The notes: generated by a model not told the origin, from the letters alone. A stretch of DNA of 41,178 bases from Candidatus Omnitrophota bacterium (GCA_018824725.1 JAHJGB010000124.1:1-41178); one strand, 5' to 3'; shown: positions 8,550-18,171, numbered from the stretch's first letter. A program made the numbers and translations.

Positions 8550-8578
8550 TTGATTTTTGGCAAATTATATGGTATATT
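8550..8578 (+). promoter_or_regulatory. sigma70 promoter TTGATT-17-TATATT for the HD-GYP gene
   Basis: Spacing and extended -10 TG; ATG follows 11 nt later with no SD. Confidence 0.5.
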
Positions 8579-8589
8579 ATGTTTCTTAT

Positions 8590-9630
8590 ATGAAAATTAA
8601 AAGACGGCTTTCAAAAAATAAGAAACCCCGCAGATCATATAAAGAGCTGAAGTCCACCCTTTCTCTTGAAAGAGCGCTTCTGCAGAACCTTTTAGACAAT
8701 ATACCTGACGCCATATACTTTAAAGACACTGACAATAGGATCATCAGGGTAAACAAGTTTTACGCGGAAGGCTTTAAGCTGTCACCTGAAGACATCATAG
8801 GCAAGACTGATTTTGACTTTTTCCCCAAAGACCAGGCCCAGAGGATGTTTGAGGACGACACCTATGTGCTTAAAACCGGCAAGCCTATTATAGGTAAGAT
8901 TGAGCGCACGCTTTTGCCTAACGGCACATATAACTGCGTCACCACCACAAAGATCCCGATAAAAAATAAAGAAGGCAAAGCCATAGGCACCCTGGGAGTG
9001 ACCAGGGATATCACAGCTTACGACAATACCGAACGCACAAACCTGGACATGATAATCAATTCCCTCAAGGTCCTGGATAAGATACTTGAAACCAAAGACC
9101 CGTACACATTCGGCCACACAAGGCGTGTCTCTCTGATCGCCGAAAGAATAGCCAAAGAGCTCGGCTGGGAAGAAAACAGGGTCCTGGAATTAAAGATGTC
9201 CGCGGAACTGCACGATATAGGCAAGATACTCATACCTCTTGAGATACTCAATAAGCCCGGAAAGCTCTCAGACCTGGAATATAAAATGGTGCAGGAACAT
9301 GTGCAGCAGAGCTATGACATGCTAATACCTTACTCGTTCCCTTCACAGCTTCCTGAGGCAATATACCAGCATCACGAAAGGCTGGACGGAAAAGGCTATC
9401 CCAGAGGTTTGGTGGCTGATAAAATTTTACCCGAAGCAAAAATCCTGGCCATATGCGACGTCTTGGAAGCCATGATATCGCACAGGCCTTACAGGCAGGC
9501 ATTGGGTATGGATGTAACGCTGCAGGAGTTAAGAGACAATGCAGGCAATAAATACGATAAGGAAGTCGTAGACGTTGTTTTAAGAATAATCAATGAAAAT
9601 AACAACAAGCCTTTTTGGTTAAACTCATAA
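8590..9630 (+). CDS. PAS domain plus HD-GYP cyclic dinucleotide phosphodiesterase
   Basis: PAS (IPDAIYFKD, IIGKTDFDFFP); DPYTFGH, LHDIGK, HHERLDGKGYP and RPYR. Start moved from TTG 8557 to ATG 8590. Confidence 0.88.
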   Translation: MKIKRRLSKNKKPRRSYKELKSTLSLERALLQNLLDNIPDAIYFKDTDNRIIRVNKFYAEGFKLSPEDIIGKTDFDFFPKDQAQRMFEDDTYVLKTGKPIIGKIERTLLPNGTYNCVTTTKIPIKNKEGKAIGTLGVTRDITAYDNTERTNLDMIINSLKVLDKILETKDPYTFGHTRRVSLIAERIAKELGWEENRVLELKMSAELHDIGKILIPLEILNKPGKLSDLEYKMVQEHVQQSYDMLIPYSFPSQLPEAIYQHHERLDGKGYPRGLVADKILPEAKILAICDVLEAMISHRPYRQALGMDVTLQELRDNAGNKYDKEVVDVVLRIINENNNKPFWLNS

Positions 9631-9660
9631 CCTTCTCTGTAGCCTCCCTCTCTTATTAAG

Positions 9661-10974
9661 ATGAAATTCCTTGGCATAAAACTTTCTCCCGATAAAAAGA
9701 TATTGCTTGTAATGCCGCCTCCTTTCTGGCCGAAGATGCCGCCTATAGGCATAGGGTATCTAGAGGCATTCCTGGCAGATAATAATATCAACTGCGGCAT
9801 ATTGGACCTGAATAATATATTTTATAATCTCGCTTCGGACGAACTTAAAAAATCGTGGCTAGTGAGCTGCAATACATTTCTGGAAGAAAATATTTTCAGC
9901 CTGATGCAAAAAAATCATCCTGAAGAATTTAAATCACTTATGGCTAAAATGCTGAGATATGAAATAATAGGGTTCTCATGTTTCAAAAGTAACATGCATA
10001 CTACCATGAAATTGGCAAAGCTACTTAAATCCCGTAATAAAAATATCAGGATAATATTCGGCGGGCCTGAGATGACAAGGGAATATTTCAAAAAATCCTG
10101 TAAGATTAAAGGTGCGGCTGATTTTACAGTGGTCGGCGAAGGTGAAAAGCCATTACTAGACCTTGTCCAACCTGTCCCGCCGACGCAGCGGGACAGGTGT
10201 TATTTATTTAATGAGATGGATAATCTGGATCAGCCGGCCTTTCCTACCTATAAAGGCCTTGATATGGATACATACCCGCGCAAAAACAGCGTCTCTATAC
10301 TATTTTCAAGAGGGTGCGTGAGGAAATGCAGGTTCTGCTCTGAAAGGCTTCTTTATAAAAAATTCAGGGTAAGGCCTGTTAAAAGCGTGATTGAAGAAAT
10401 CCGATATCATAAATCAAAAAATAAAACAGGTTTCTTCGTATTCCACGACTCTCTTATAAACGGCGACCTCAAAAAACTTGAAGAGCTTTGCGATGAGATA
10501 ATCAAAAACTTCGGCTCTATCAATTGGGAGGCGCAGATTGCTGTGCGTAACGATATGAGCCTGGAACTTTTAGAAAAAATGAAAAAAAGCGGGTGTTATA
10601 ATCTGTTCGTAGGACTTGAATCAGGCTCTGCCAGGACATTAAAAAATATGAATAAAGGTTTTACGCCTTTAGATGCTGTGAGGTTTTTTAAAAAATTAAA
10701 TACTAGAGGGTTATTTTTCGGGGTGAGCATTATAATAGGCTATCCCGGTGAAACAGAGACTGAATTCAGGGAAAGCCTGGACTTTATTATAAAGAATAAG
10801 CCTCTTATACCGAAAATCGAACAGGTAAACCCGTTCACTTATTACGACGGCATAAGCGCAGGCAAAAAGGCAGATAAAAATGCCCCAAAAAGGCTGGATA
10901 TTTTTATAAAAGAAATAAAATCGCATGGCTTTAAATACACAAATGCCTTCATAGGCAACCTTATAGAAAAATGA
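9661..10974 (+). CDS. Cobalamin-binding-domain radical SAM protein
   Basis: PPIGIGYL, IIFGGP, GEGE, SRGCVRKCRFC, GLESGS and GYPGET. Confidence 0.85.
   Translation: MKFLGIKLSPDKKILLVMPPPFWPKMPPIGIGYLEAFLADNNINCGILDLNNIFYNLASDELKKSWLVSCNTFLEENIFSLMQKNHPEEFKSLMAKMLRYEIIGFSCFKSNMHTTMKLAKLLKSRNKNIRIIFGGPEMTREYFKKSCKIKGAADFTVVGEGEKPLLDLVQPVPPTQRDRCYLFNEMDNLDQPAFPTYKGLDMDTYPRKNSVSILFSRGCVRKCRFCSERLLYKKFRVRPVKSVIEEIRYHKSKNKTGFFVFHDSLINGDLKKLEELCDEIIKNFGSINWEAQIAVRNDMSLELLEKMKKSGCYNLFVGLESGSARTLKNMNKGFTPLDAVRFFKKLNTRGLFFGVSIIIGYPGETETEFRESLDFIIKNKPLIPKIEQVNPFTYYDGISAGKKADKNAPKRLDIFIKEIKSHGFKYTNAFIGNLIEK
10170..10198. repeat. GC-rich hairpin inside the CDS (family D candidate)
   Basis: acctgtcccgc-cgacgca-gcgggacaggt, perfect 11-bp stem; shares cccgccg...cagcggg with 24642-24693. 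Confidence 0.55.
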
Positions 10975-11834
10975 TCGAATATAAAGAGGTCAAAATCTCC
11001 AGGATACTTAATCCCACAGGCATTGACCTGGGCGAATACGTGATAAACCCTTTTATGGGATGCGAATATTCCTGCCTTTACTGCTACGTAAGGTCCAATA
11101 AGGTCATCAGCAAACGCTCAGGCGAATGGGGTAAGTATGTGGATATAAGAATAAATGCCCCGGATTTATTGGAAAAAGAAATACTGGCAAAAAAGCCGAA
11201 ATGCGTGCTTTTAGGCTCCACCACAGACTGTTTCCAGCCGATTGAAACAAAATACATGATTACAAAAAGGATCCTCGAAATCCTGAATAAACATAAAGTT
11301 TATTACCACATACTTACAAGATCCCAGAATATCACAGAATACACAGATTTACTTAAACAGGGTTTTTGTAAAAAAATCTATTTTACGATAAATAACATTA
11401 CGCCTGAACTTAAAAATAAACTCGAGCCGAAAAGCCCGGGATTTGAACTTAGGGTCAAGGCCATTAACAAAATGCTGGATGAAAATATAGCAGTGGTACC
11501 ATATTTCTCGCCCATCCTGCCCTGGATATCTGACTTCAAAGACATATTTAGCCGCTTTCCAAAATCAGATTCAGTTGAATTTGAAGGCCTGAATATGACT
11601 CTTGTGAATATAAACGATATAATATCCGGAATCTCCTCTCTCTATCCCGTCTTAAGGCCGGAATACGAGAAACTGCTCAAGGACAAGACCTTTTACGATT
11701 CTTTCTGGGCTAGCGTAAAAAAAGATATAATTAGAGAGGCAATAAAGGCAAAAAAGAACTATAATATATACATTCACAATTTCCGCGCCTACTTCACCAA
11801 CAAATACGCCCCGGGGGATAAAAGAGAAAAATGA
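10971..11834 (+). CDS. SPL-like (Rv2578c-type) radical SAM protein
   Basis: INPFMGCEYSCLYCY, TDCFQPIE, ILTRS, LEP and PILP; ATGA overlap. Confidence 0.82.
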   Translation: MIEYKEVKISRILNPTGIDLGEYVINPFMGCEYSCLYCYVRSNKVISKRSGEWGKYVDIRINAPDLLEKEILAKKPKCVLLGSTTDCFQPIETKYMITKRILEILNKHKVYYHILTRSQNITEYTDLLKQGFCKKIYFTINNITPELKNKLEPKSPGFELRVKAINKMLDENIAVVPYFSPILPWISDFKDIFSRFPKSDSVEFEGLNMTLVNINDIISGISSLYPVLRPEYEKLLKDKTFYDSFWASVKKDIIREAIKAKKNYNIYIHNFRAYFTNKYAPGDKREK

Positions 11835-12895
11835 CGAAAAGCGAAGTGTTTTTTATAGAAGTTAAGTCTACTGATTTAGAGGCGAGATGCGAAGCGCTTC
11901 AAAAACTGCTGGAAAAAGTAACTCCTTTCAAAGATTACAAAAAAGAGGAGTTTATACCTGTAAAACTCACTATCGGGGACAGCCAGTGCGCTTATAACAT
12001 GCACCCGGAACTGGTAAAGGTGATTGTGTCCGAGATAAAAAAATCAAAGGCAAAGCCTTTTTTATTCGACACAAACGTTATATATAAAGGAGAGCGAATG
12101 AACGCGGTGAACCATTTGACCCTGGCGCAGACTAAGGGATTCGGCCACGCAAAAGTGGGCGCGCCTTTTATAATAGCTGACGGGGTATTCGGCCAGGACG
12201 GCAAAGAATACGCCATAGATTCAGAGTATCTTAAAAAAATAAAAGTCCCTTCTTTCATAGGTTCACTTGATAGCCTGCTCGTATTGTCGCACGCCACAGG
12301 CCATATCTTATCAGGATACGCGGGCGCGATAAAAAATGTCGCGATGGGCATGGTTTCAAAGCCTATGAAACAGGTTCAGCATTCATCCCTGAAACCCCAC
12401 GTGCTGGAGAAAAAATGTACTGCCTGCAGGTGCTGTATAAAAATTTGCCCCGTAGAGGCAATATCTTTTAAAAAAGAAAAGGCCTTCATAGACCAGGCAA
12501 AGTGCATTGGGTGCGGGGAATGCCTTTGCGCGTGCAAATTTGACGCTGTATTCATAAACTGGTCCGAAGACCACGATGTATTCGCAAAGCGCATGATAGA
12601 TACGGCGCATTTCATCCTCTCAAAGTTTAAAAATAAGTTTTTTATAACTTTCGGCTTTGACATCACAAAGGAATGCGACTGCATATCAATTAAAGGCGAA
12701 AAGATATTTTCGGAAAATATAGGGATCCTCGCTTCCATTGACCCTCTGGCAATAGACAAAGCGACCGTCGACCTGATAAATAAAAATAAGGACCTGTTCA
12801 GGGAAACCGGCATCCCGGCTACCTACAGGACAATATTTGATTACGGCTCTAAAAAAGGCGTTGGGAGCTTAGATTATAACCTCATAAAGATATGA
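11831..12895 (+). CDS. DUF362 domain protein with a 2x[4Fe-4S] ferredoxin insert
   Basis: DTNVIYKGER, IIADG, GAIKNVAMG, two CxxCxxCxxxC motifs, CDC and DPLAID. Confidence 0.82.
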   Translation: MTKSEVFFIEVKSTDLEARCEALQKLLEKVTPFKDYKKEEFIPVKLTIGDSQCAYNMHPELVKVIVSEIKKSKAKPFLFDTNVIYKGERMNAVNHLTLAQTKGFGHAKVGAPFIIADGVFGQDGKEYAIDSEYLKKIKVPSFIGSLDSLLVLSHATGHILSGYAGAIKNVAMGMVSKPMKQVQHSSLKPHVLEKKCTACRCCIKICPVEAISFKKEKAFIDQAKCIGCGECLCACKFDAVFINWSEDHDVFAKRMIDTAHFILSKFKNKFFITFGFDITKECDCISIKGEKIFSENIGILASIDPLAIDKATVDLINKNKDLFRETGIPATYRTIFDYGSKKGVGSLDYNLIKI

Positions 12896-13587
12896 CAAAA
12901 TTCGAAACGCTGTTCGGCATAAAAGAATCCGAAGTAAAAAATACATGCGTCTTGATGCCTCTGGTGCCTAAAGATTCATTGGAACCTCTCGGCGTAAAAA
13001 AATTGTCCAAAGGCAGAATATATTCTTCAGGAAACTCCTCTTCTTTTACGCTGATAAATACGCTCATGGGCGCGGCATTCACAGGAGACGCAGCGCTTTA
13101 TCTCAGCCAGACAAATTGCAAAAACCTCATACTTTTCGGCTCATGCGGCCTTGTAAAACCATGCGAAAAACTTGACATAGGAAGCCTTGTGGCGCCTATT
13201 GAATGTTATTCCATGGAAAGTTTCTCGGATCTACTATTAAAAAATCATAATTTTAAGGCGTTTTACCCGGACGATGGCCTGTTAGGATCTTTTTTAAAAA
13301 CTAACAAATCAGTCCGGGAAGTGAGCTGCGCGACCCTGGGCTCTTTAAAACTGGAAGAAGACTATCTGGGCCTGTTTTCCGAAAAAAATATCCAGGTAGT
13401 GGATATGGAATGCTCGGGTTTCTTCTCAGCAGCCACCCAGAAAAACCTCAAGGCCATGGCCCTCTTCTATATCTCGGACATAATAAACGAAAAGCCTTTT
13501 TACGGGCCCTTGATCGATGAAGACCGGGTAAGGCTATCGTCTTCTATCAAAGAAGGCATATATTCCATATGCAGCTTTATAAAATAG
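12892..13587 (+). CDS. Nucleoside phosphorylase family (PNP/UDP) protein
   Basis: MGA, FGSCG, VVDMECSG and YISD motifs. Confidence 0.72.
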   Translation: MTKFETLFGIKESEVKNTCVLMPLVPKDSLEPLGVKKLSKGRIYSSGNSSSFTLINTLMGAAFTGDAALYLSQTNCKNLILFGSCGLVKPCEKLDIGSLVAPIECYSMESFSDLLLKNHNFKAFYPDDGLLGSFLKTNKSVREVSCATLGSLKLEEDYLGLFSEKNIQVVDMECSGFFSAATQKNLKAMALFYISDIINEKPFYGPLIDEDRVRLSSSIKEGIYSICSFIK

Positions 13588-14885
13588 CCTCCTATTTTCC
13601 CGGCTTCGGCGTCAATAAAAGACAGGAAATCGAACGGCTCGTTTACGAAATATCCAAAAGAGATAAAATAAGCCCGGAAGAAATACTCAATCCGATTGAT
13701 TCCAATAATTTTGAATCTGTAAAAAACAGGCTTTTAAAAATAAGGTTTCCGTACGCCTCTAGGCATAACGAGGATATAAGGCCACACCTGCCTAAAATAG
13801 CGATAAAACCCGCCAATGAGTTTAATCTCGGCGATTCGGAATTCAGCCCTGCCAGAATATTTATTGAAAAATCAGCTGCTTTATCCGGCCTGAAAAATAA
13901 CTTCAAGAAATCTTTCCCTGAAGCGAAATTCATGGAAATATCCTCGCTAAAGGATTTTATCCGGGACGATAAAACATCAGGCATATCCTCTTACAACAAA
14001 AGGCGCGACAGGGTTTTTATCACAAATGAAAAATACGACTTCTTTAAAAAATGCCCGTGCACAAAAGGCGCCGCAGGCTGCGGCTACCATATATTCAATC
14101 TCGGGTTCGGGTGCATATTTGACTGCACATACTGCTATCTCCAGGAATATAACAATGCGCCGGGGCTTATATTCCCAGCGAATATCGATAAATTCTTCGA
14201 AAGATTCAGGCGCTACAAAAAACCAAAGATGCGCATCGGAACAGGAGAATTTTCAGACTCCATGATGCTGGACCATATAACAGAATATTCACTCGATATA
14301 ATAGAATTTTTCAATAATCATAAAGACGCTGTTTTCGAATTCAAAACAAAAAGTTCCACTATAGATAATATCTTAAAGGCGAGGCATTCCGGGAATATAG
14401 TTATTTCATGGTCTTTGAACCCAAAGAAGATAATAGATAAGAACGAATTTTTTACAGCTTCTTTGAGCAAAAGGCTCGAGTCGGCTGAAAAATGTGTTCA
14501 GGCAGGCTACAAGATAGGGTTTCATTTTGACCCGGTGATTTATTTTAATGGCTGGGAAAAAGAATACCAAGGCGTAATAGATTTATTATTCAGTAAAATA
14601 AACCCCAAAGACATAGCGTGGATAAGCATAGGCACATTCAGGTTCAAGCCTGAACTAAAGCCGATAATAGAAAACCGTTTTCCGGAAAATCAAATCCTGG
14701 ATGAAGAACTTTTACTGGGATACGACGATAAACTAAGGTATCCTTACGGCCTGAGATGCAATATGTATAAAAGTCTACTTAATAGCTTTAAAAAACATTC
14801 CAGGAAATTGCCAATCTATCTATGCATGGAAGAATTTAAAATGTGGAAGGATTTGAACCTCCTCCGCTGCTTAGGTGGGGTTTAA
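13569..14885 (+). CDS. Spore photoproduct lyase (SplB)-like radical SAM protein with N-terminal extension
   Basis: CPCT...GC, GCIFDCTYCYLQ, GTGEFSDS, EFKTKS, SWSLNP, GFHFDP and YLCME. Confidence 0.85.
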   Translation: MQLYKIASYFPGFGVNKRQEIERLVYEISKRDKISPEEILNPIDSNNFESVKNRLLKIRFPYASRHNEDIRPHLPKIAIKPANEFNLGDSEFSPARIFIEKSAALSGLKNNFKKSFPEAKFMEISSLKDFIRDDKTSGISSYNKRRDRVFITNEKYDFFKKCPCTKGAAGCGYHIFNLGFGCIFDCTYCYLQEYNNAPGLIFPANIDKFFERFRRYKKPKMRIGTGEFSDSMMLDHITEYSLDIIEFFNNHKDAVFEFKTKSSTIDNILKARHSGNIVISWSLNPKKIIDKNEFFTASLSKRLESAEKCVQAGYKIGFHFDPVIYFNGWEKEYQGVIDLLFSKINPKDIAWISIGTFRFKPELKPIIENRFPENQILDEELLLGYDDKLRYPYGLRCNMYKSLLNSFKKHSRKLPIYLCMEEFKMWKDLNLLRCLGGV

Positions 14886-14905
14886 ACTCCGCCTACGCAG
14901 CGGAG
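14862..14905. repeat. Family C GTAG-type REP-like hairpin supplying the last 7 codons and stop of the SplB-like gene
   Basis: ctccgctgc...gcagcggag arms around minus-strand GTAGGCGGAGTTTAAACCCCACCTA. Confidence 0.75.
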
Positions 14906-14917
14906 AAAACAAAGTTA

Positions 14918-16324
14918 TTATGGCAAAACTCGTATGGCTCTTTCGGGCCTCGTGGGGCACTTATTCTGGCAAATCCCGCATCCCACGCATAAAGAAATAT
15001 CCACATAAGGCTTGCGGATCTTTTTACCCGCAATAACTTCTTCATAGGTCTTAATGGCTTTACTGGGCACAGGGCAATGCTCTTCGCATACAATGCATTC
15101 TTTATTCTGCGACCAGGGAAGGCAGATAAATTTATCAATGAATGCCGTACCCAGCTTTTGTTCCTGTTTTTGAACCAGGCTTAATTTAGGTATAGCGCCT
15201 GTCGGGCAGACGTTTCCGCAAAGATTACAGTTATACTCGCAGTATCCTATTTCAGGCACAAGATGAGGCGCCCATATGCCGATCAAGCCTGATTCAAATA
15301 TCGCAGGCTGGAGGCCGTTGGTCGGGCAGATCTTCATGCAATTACCGCATCTTATGCATTTATTTAAAAATTCATGCTCATTTTTAACTCCCGGAGGCCT
15401 GATAAGTTTTTTCTTGGCAGCCTCTTCCCTTCCTTTAAACCCTAAAAATAAAAATGAAGACGCTATCAAGAATAAAAAATCTTTGCGCGTTATGGAATCT
15501 TTGGCCTGGGGTTTAGCAGGCTTCGCAGGCCAGACGAACCTCGTAGAATGGACAGGGCAATCATATACGCAGTCCATGCATAATACGCATTCGCTTTTTT
15601 TATAACTCATATCCTCATTTATCGCTGACATGCGGCAGTTGATTTTACACTTCATGCAATTAACGCATTTATCCACACGCCGGATTAATATAGAAAATTT
15701 AGCAACGATAGAATATATCGCGCCCAAAGGGCAGATTATGCGGCACCAGAATCTTTTCGTTGCAAACGCAAGTCCGCAGATTATAACAAAAAAACTTAAA
15801 GTGATAAAAGAGTGCGGGAAATAAAATATCTTTGTTCCGAGTATGGATAATTTCAGCATGCGGTAAAAATCATAGAGCGGCGCGTAAAAATTAAGGCTCT
15901 TTATAAGAAAAATGAATGATTTGTCCAGGGCCAGGGTAAAAGACGGTATAAAATTTAAAGAAATAAATCTCGCTGTAATAACAAGCGGATCAAAAATCCA
16001 CGCAATCTGTATCCCCAAAAAAGCGAATATAACAATAACCCCGAGCACATAATACTTAACCTTTCTAAGAAACCCGGTATCTCTATTTTTCGCTTTTATT
16101 CCGCATACATCAATAATAGTCCCAAGCGGACAAACCCATCCGCAGAAAAATCTTCCTATTATAAGGGTCGCGCCAAGCATTATCAGGGAAAACAGGCTAA
16201 ATATTGAAATAAGCGGGTCTATTTTAAAAAACGCGGCTGTGTGCGGGGTCAGCCACAAAAGATAAATAAATAATAATAGAAATAGCGCCTGGCTGAGCTT
16301 TCTGGCTAAGATTAGTTTTTTCAT
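14918..16324 (-). CDS. Membrane polyferredoxin (NapH/MauN-like plus NapG/MauM-like) with an internal Tat-like motif
   Basis: GRFFCGWVCPLG, RFWCRIICPLGA, RPPG, multiple CxxCxxCxxxCP motifs; internal TRKDFL before a hydrophobic stretch. Confidence 0.85.
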   Translation of the reverse strand: MKKLILARKLSQALFLLLFIYLLWLTPHTAAFFKIDPLISIFSLFSLIMLGATLIIGRFFCGWVCPLGTIIDVCGIKAKNRDTGFLRKVKYYVLGVIVIFAFLGIQIAWIFDPLVITARFISLNFIPSFTLALDKSFIFLIKSLNFYAPLYDFYRMLKLSILGTKIFYFPHSFITLSFFVIICGLAFATKRFWCRIICPLGAIYSIVAKFSILIRRVDKCVNCMKCKINCRMSAINEDMSYKKSECVLCMDCVYDCPVHSTRFVWPAKPAKPQAKDSITRKDFLFLIASSFLFLGFKGREEAAKKKLIRPPGVKNEHEFLNKCIRCGNCMKICPTNGLQPAIFESGLIGIWAPHLVPEIGYCEYNCNLCGNVCPTGAIPKLSLVQKQEQKLGTAFIDKFICLPWSQNKECIVCEEHCPVPSKAIKTYEEVIAGKKIRKPYVDISLCVGCGICQNKCPTRPERAIRVLP

Positions 16325-16325
16325 A

Positions 16326-17312
16326 TTAGACTTCGATGGTTAATATGTCTGACTTTGCTATATCAGTATATTCGCCTTTGCCTATATTGTATTTCACAGC
16401 CTGCTTTATATAACTCATGGAAGACGGCTCCTGGCCCATCAATACGCAGGAGTACGCGTCGCACAATACAGGATCCGTGCCGACTATCAGGGTTTTCATA
16501 TCCACGACATCTGCAAGATTACCGCCTGAGGGCCCGTTTCTTTTGAGAATCCTGTAGGCGTCTATCACGTTCAGGTCAGGTTTTATGAAATCTGTAAGAT
16601 GCGCCAGCTTTGTTCCTATATCAAAATGTATGAGGCCCCTGTTGCCACTGCAGATACCCATCAGGTTTTTCATGGAAATCGTGAGGCCTGCCAGTGAATG
16701 ATGTTTCAATATAGGCACGTTTATAAAAGTATCGCATTCCAGAGCATCCCTGTAGATAGGCCAGCCTTTCATGGGGCTTTCATAATTAAATTTTGCCTTT
16801 ACCACGTTCCAGTCATCAGGAGAATAGACGTTGGCGCCTTTTTCCCTGGCGATTTTTTCTATGCCGCTATTTTTATAACAGCGCTTTTGGTCGTTACATG
16901 ACCTGTCGAATATATTTACCCTTTTAGCGCCTGAGTTAAAGCACAAATCCACAAGAGCCCCTACAACCTGAGGATTGGTATTTGCTGCCTGCTCAGGAGA
17001 ACGGTCCCATCCTATGTTTGGCTTCACAAGCACAGTGCTGTTTTTCCTGACAAATTTTCCCATCCCGCCCATTGCCTCTATCGCCTTAACAGTCATTGCG
17101 TAAGGGTCTCCCCCTTTTGCAACAACCAGGTCGTGCAGTCCTTTTATTTTTTTGCCGGGTCTTCCGGTAGAAACTTCTTCCTTGCCAAACGCGAATTTAA
17201 CGAGCGCGCTGTTTAATGCAAGGCTTCCCGCGCCTATCCCGCATAGTTTCAAAAATCCTTTTCTTGTAATTTTTCTCTTGGGCAAGCTTTCAAATATTGA
17301 AACCTTATTCAT
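16326..17312 (-). CDS. DUF362 domain protein with a Tat-like signal peptide
   Basis: VKPNIGW, ANTNP, INVPILKHH, MKNLMG and DPVLCD; TRKGFLK signal; start 17312 forms an ATGA overlap with the tatC stop. Confidence 0.85.
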   Translation of the reverse strand: MNKVSIFESLPKRKITRKGFLKLCGIGAGSLALNSALVKFAFGKEEVSTGRPGKKIKGLHDLVVAKGGDPYAMTVKAIEAMGGMGKFVRKNSTVLVKPNIGWDRSPEQAANTNPQVVGALVDLCFNSGAKRVNIFDRSCNDQKRCYKNSGIEKIAREKGANVYSPDDWNVVKAKFNYESPMKGWPIYRDALECDTFINVPILKHHSLAGLTISMKNLMGICSGNRGLIHFDIGTKLAHLTDFIKPDLNVIDAYRILKRNGPSGGNLADVVDMKTLIVGTDPVLCDAYSCVLMGQEPSSMSYIKQAVKYNIGKGEYTDIAKSDILTIEV

Positions 17313-18040
17313 GCCTTTCTTCTCTTTTCTATTACCCATGACGCAAATATGCCTGCCTCATAAAGCGCAAGCATAGGCACTGCGAATATCAGCATGTTCA
17401 CGATATCCTGCGTCGGCGTAATGATAGCGGCTATTATAAAGATAGCCACTATGGCGTATTTGCGATTTTTCCTAAAAAATACTGTGTTCAGTATCCTGAT
17501 ATAAGATAAAAGCGCCATGACAACCGGTATCTGGAATATCCCCGCTCCTACCAGAAGTAAAGCCCCTGCGAATGAAAAATATTTACCTATGCTTATCATG
17601 GGGGCTGCCGCGCCTTTTGCAAAACTGATAAGAAACTTAAGCGCGAAAGGCAATGCAAGAAAATAAGAAAATATTATGCCCAGCATTGAAAGTAAAAATG
17701 AGATTATTAGCCAGCTTACTATGGCTTCTCTTTGATCCCGCTGCACCGCAGGCATTAAAAAAAGTCCCAGCTGCAGCAGGATAAACGGCAGGGAGATTAC
17801 AAAACCGGCAAGGATTGACATCCTAAGATACGCGGTGAAAACCTCTGTCGGGGTAAGAAATATGAAATTTTCAATAATACCTAAGGCCGGCAGCCTCAGG
17901 ATATCGGAAATTTTATCCGCAAACATGAAGGAAAAGATAGATGCTAGTGTAAAAAAAATAAGGCTGGCAATAATGCGTTTACGCAATTCCTCAAGATGCT
18001 CTATGATTGACATCTTGTTTGGATATATATCATCAGCCAT
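17309..18040 (-). CDS. tatC: Twin-arginine translocase subunit TatC
   Basis: EHLEELRKR, PTEVF, FQIP, RKYAIV, IITP-x-x-D and PMLALYE; six hydrophobic segments; SD AAGGA before ATG 18040. Confidence 0.9.
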   Translation of the reverse strand: MADDIYPNKMSIIEHLEELRKRIIASLIFFTLASIFSFMFADKISDILRLPALGIIENFIFLTPTEVFTAYLRMSILAGFVISLPFILLQLGLFLMPAVQRDQREAIVSWLIISFLLSMLGIIFSYFLALPFALKFLISFAKGAAAPMISIGKYFSFAGALLLVGAGIFQIPVVMALLSYIRILNTVFFRKNRKYAIVAIFIIAAIITPTQDIVNMLIFAVPMLALYEAGIFASWVIEKRRKA

Positions 18041-18057
18041 TTTTAATCCTTTCATTG

Positions 18058-18124
18058 ACTATGGGAGCCCGACTCCCGTAGTTTTTCTTGCCAGCCCTCA
18101 CTATGGGAGTCGAACTCCCATAGT
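18058..18124. repeat. Family B inverted doublet with 17-nt spacer
   Basis: actatgggagcccgactcccgtagt (18058-18082) and actatgggagtcgaactcccatagt (18100-18124). Confidence 0.88.
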
Positions 18125-18142
18125 TTTACAGAGCTTTATTTC

Positions 18143-18171
18143 TTTACAAGCCATCAGGTATTAGGTATATT
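18143..18171 (+). promoter_or_regulatory. sigma70 promoter TTTACA-17-TATATT for the desulforedoxin-like gene
   Basis: Correct spacing; overlapped by direct repeat gtatattata x2 (18165-18184). Confidence 0.5.
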
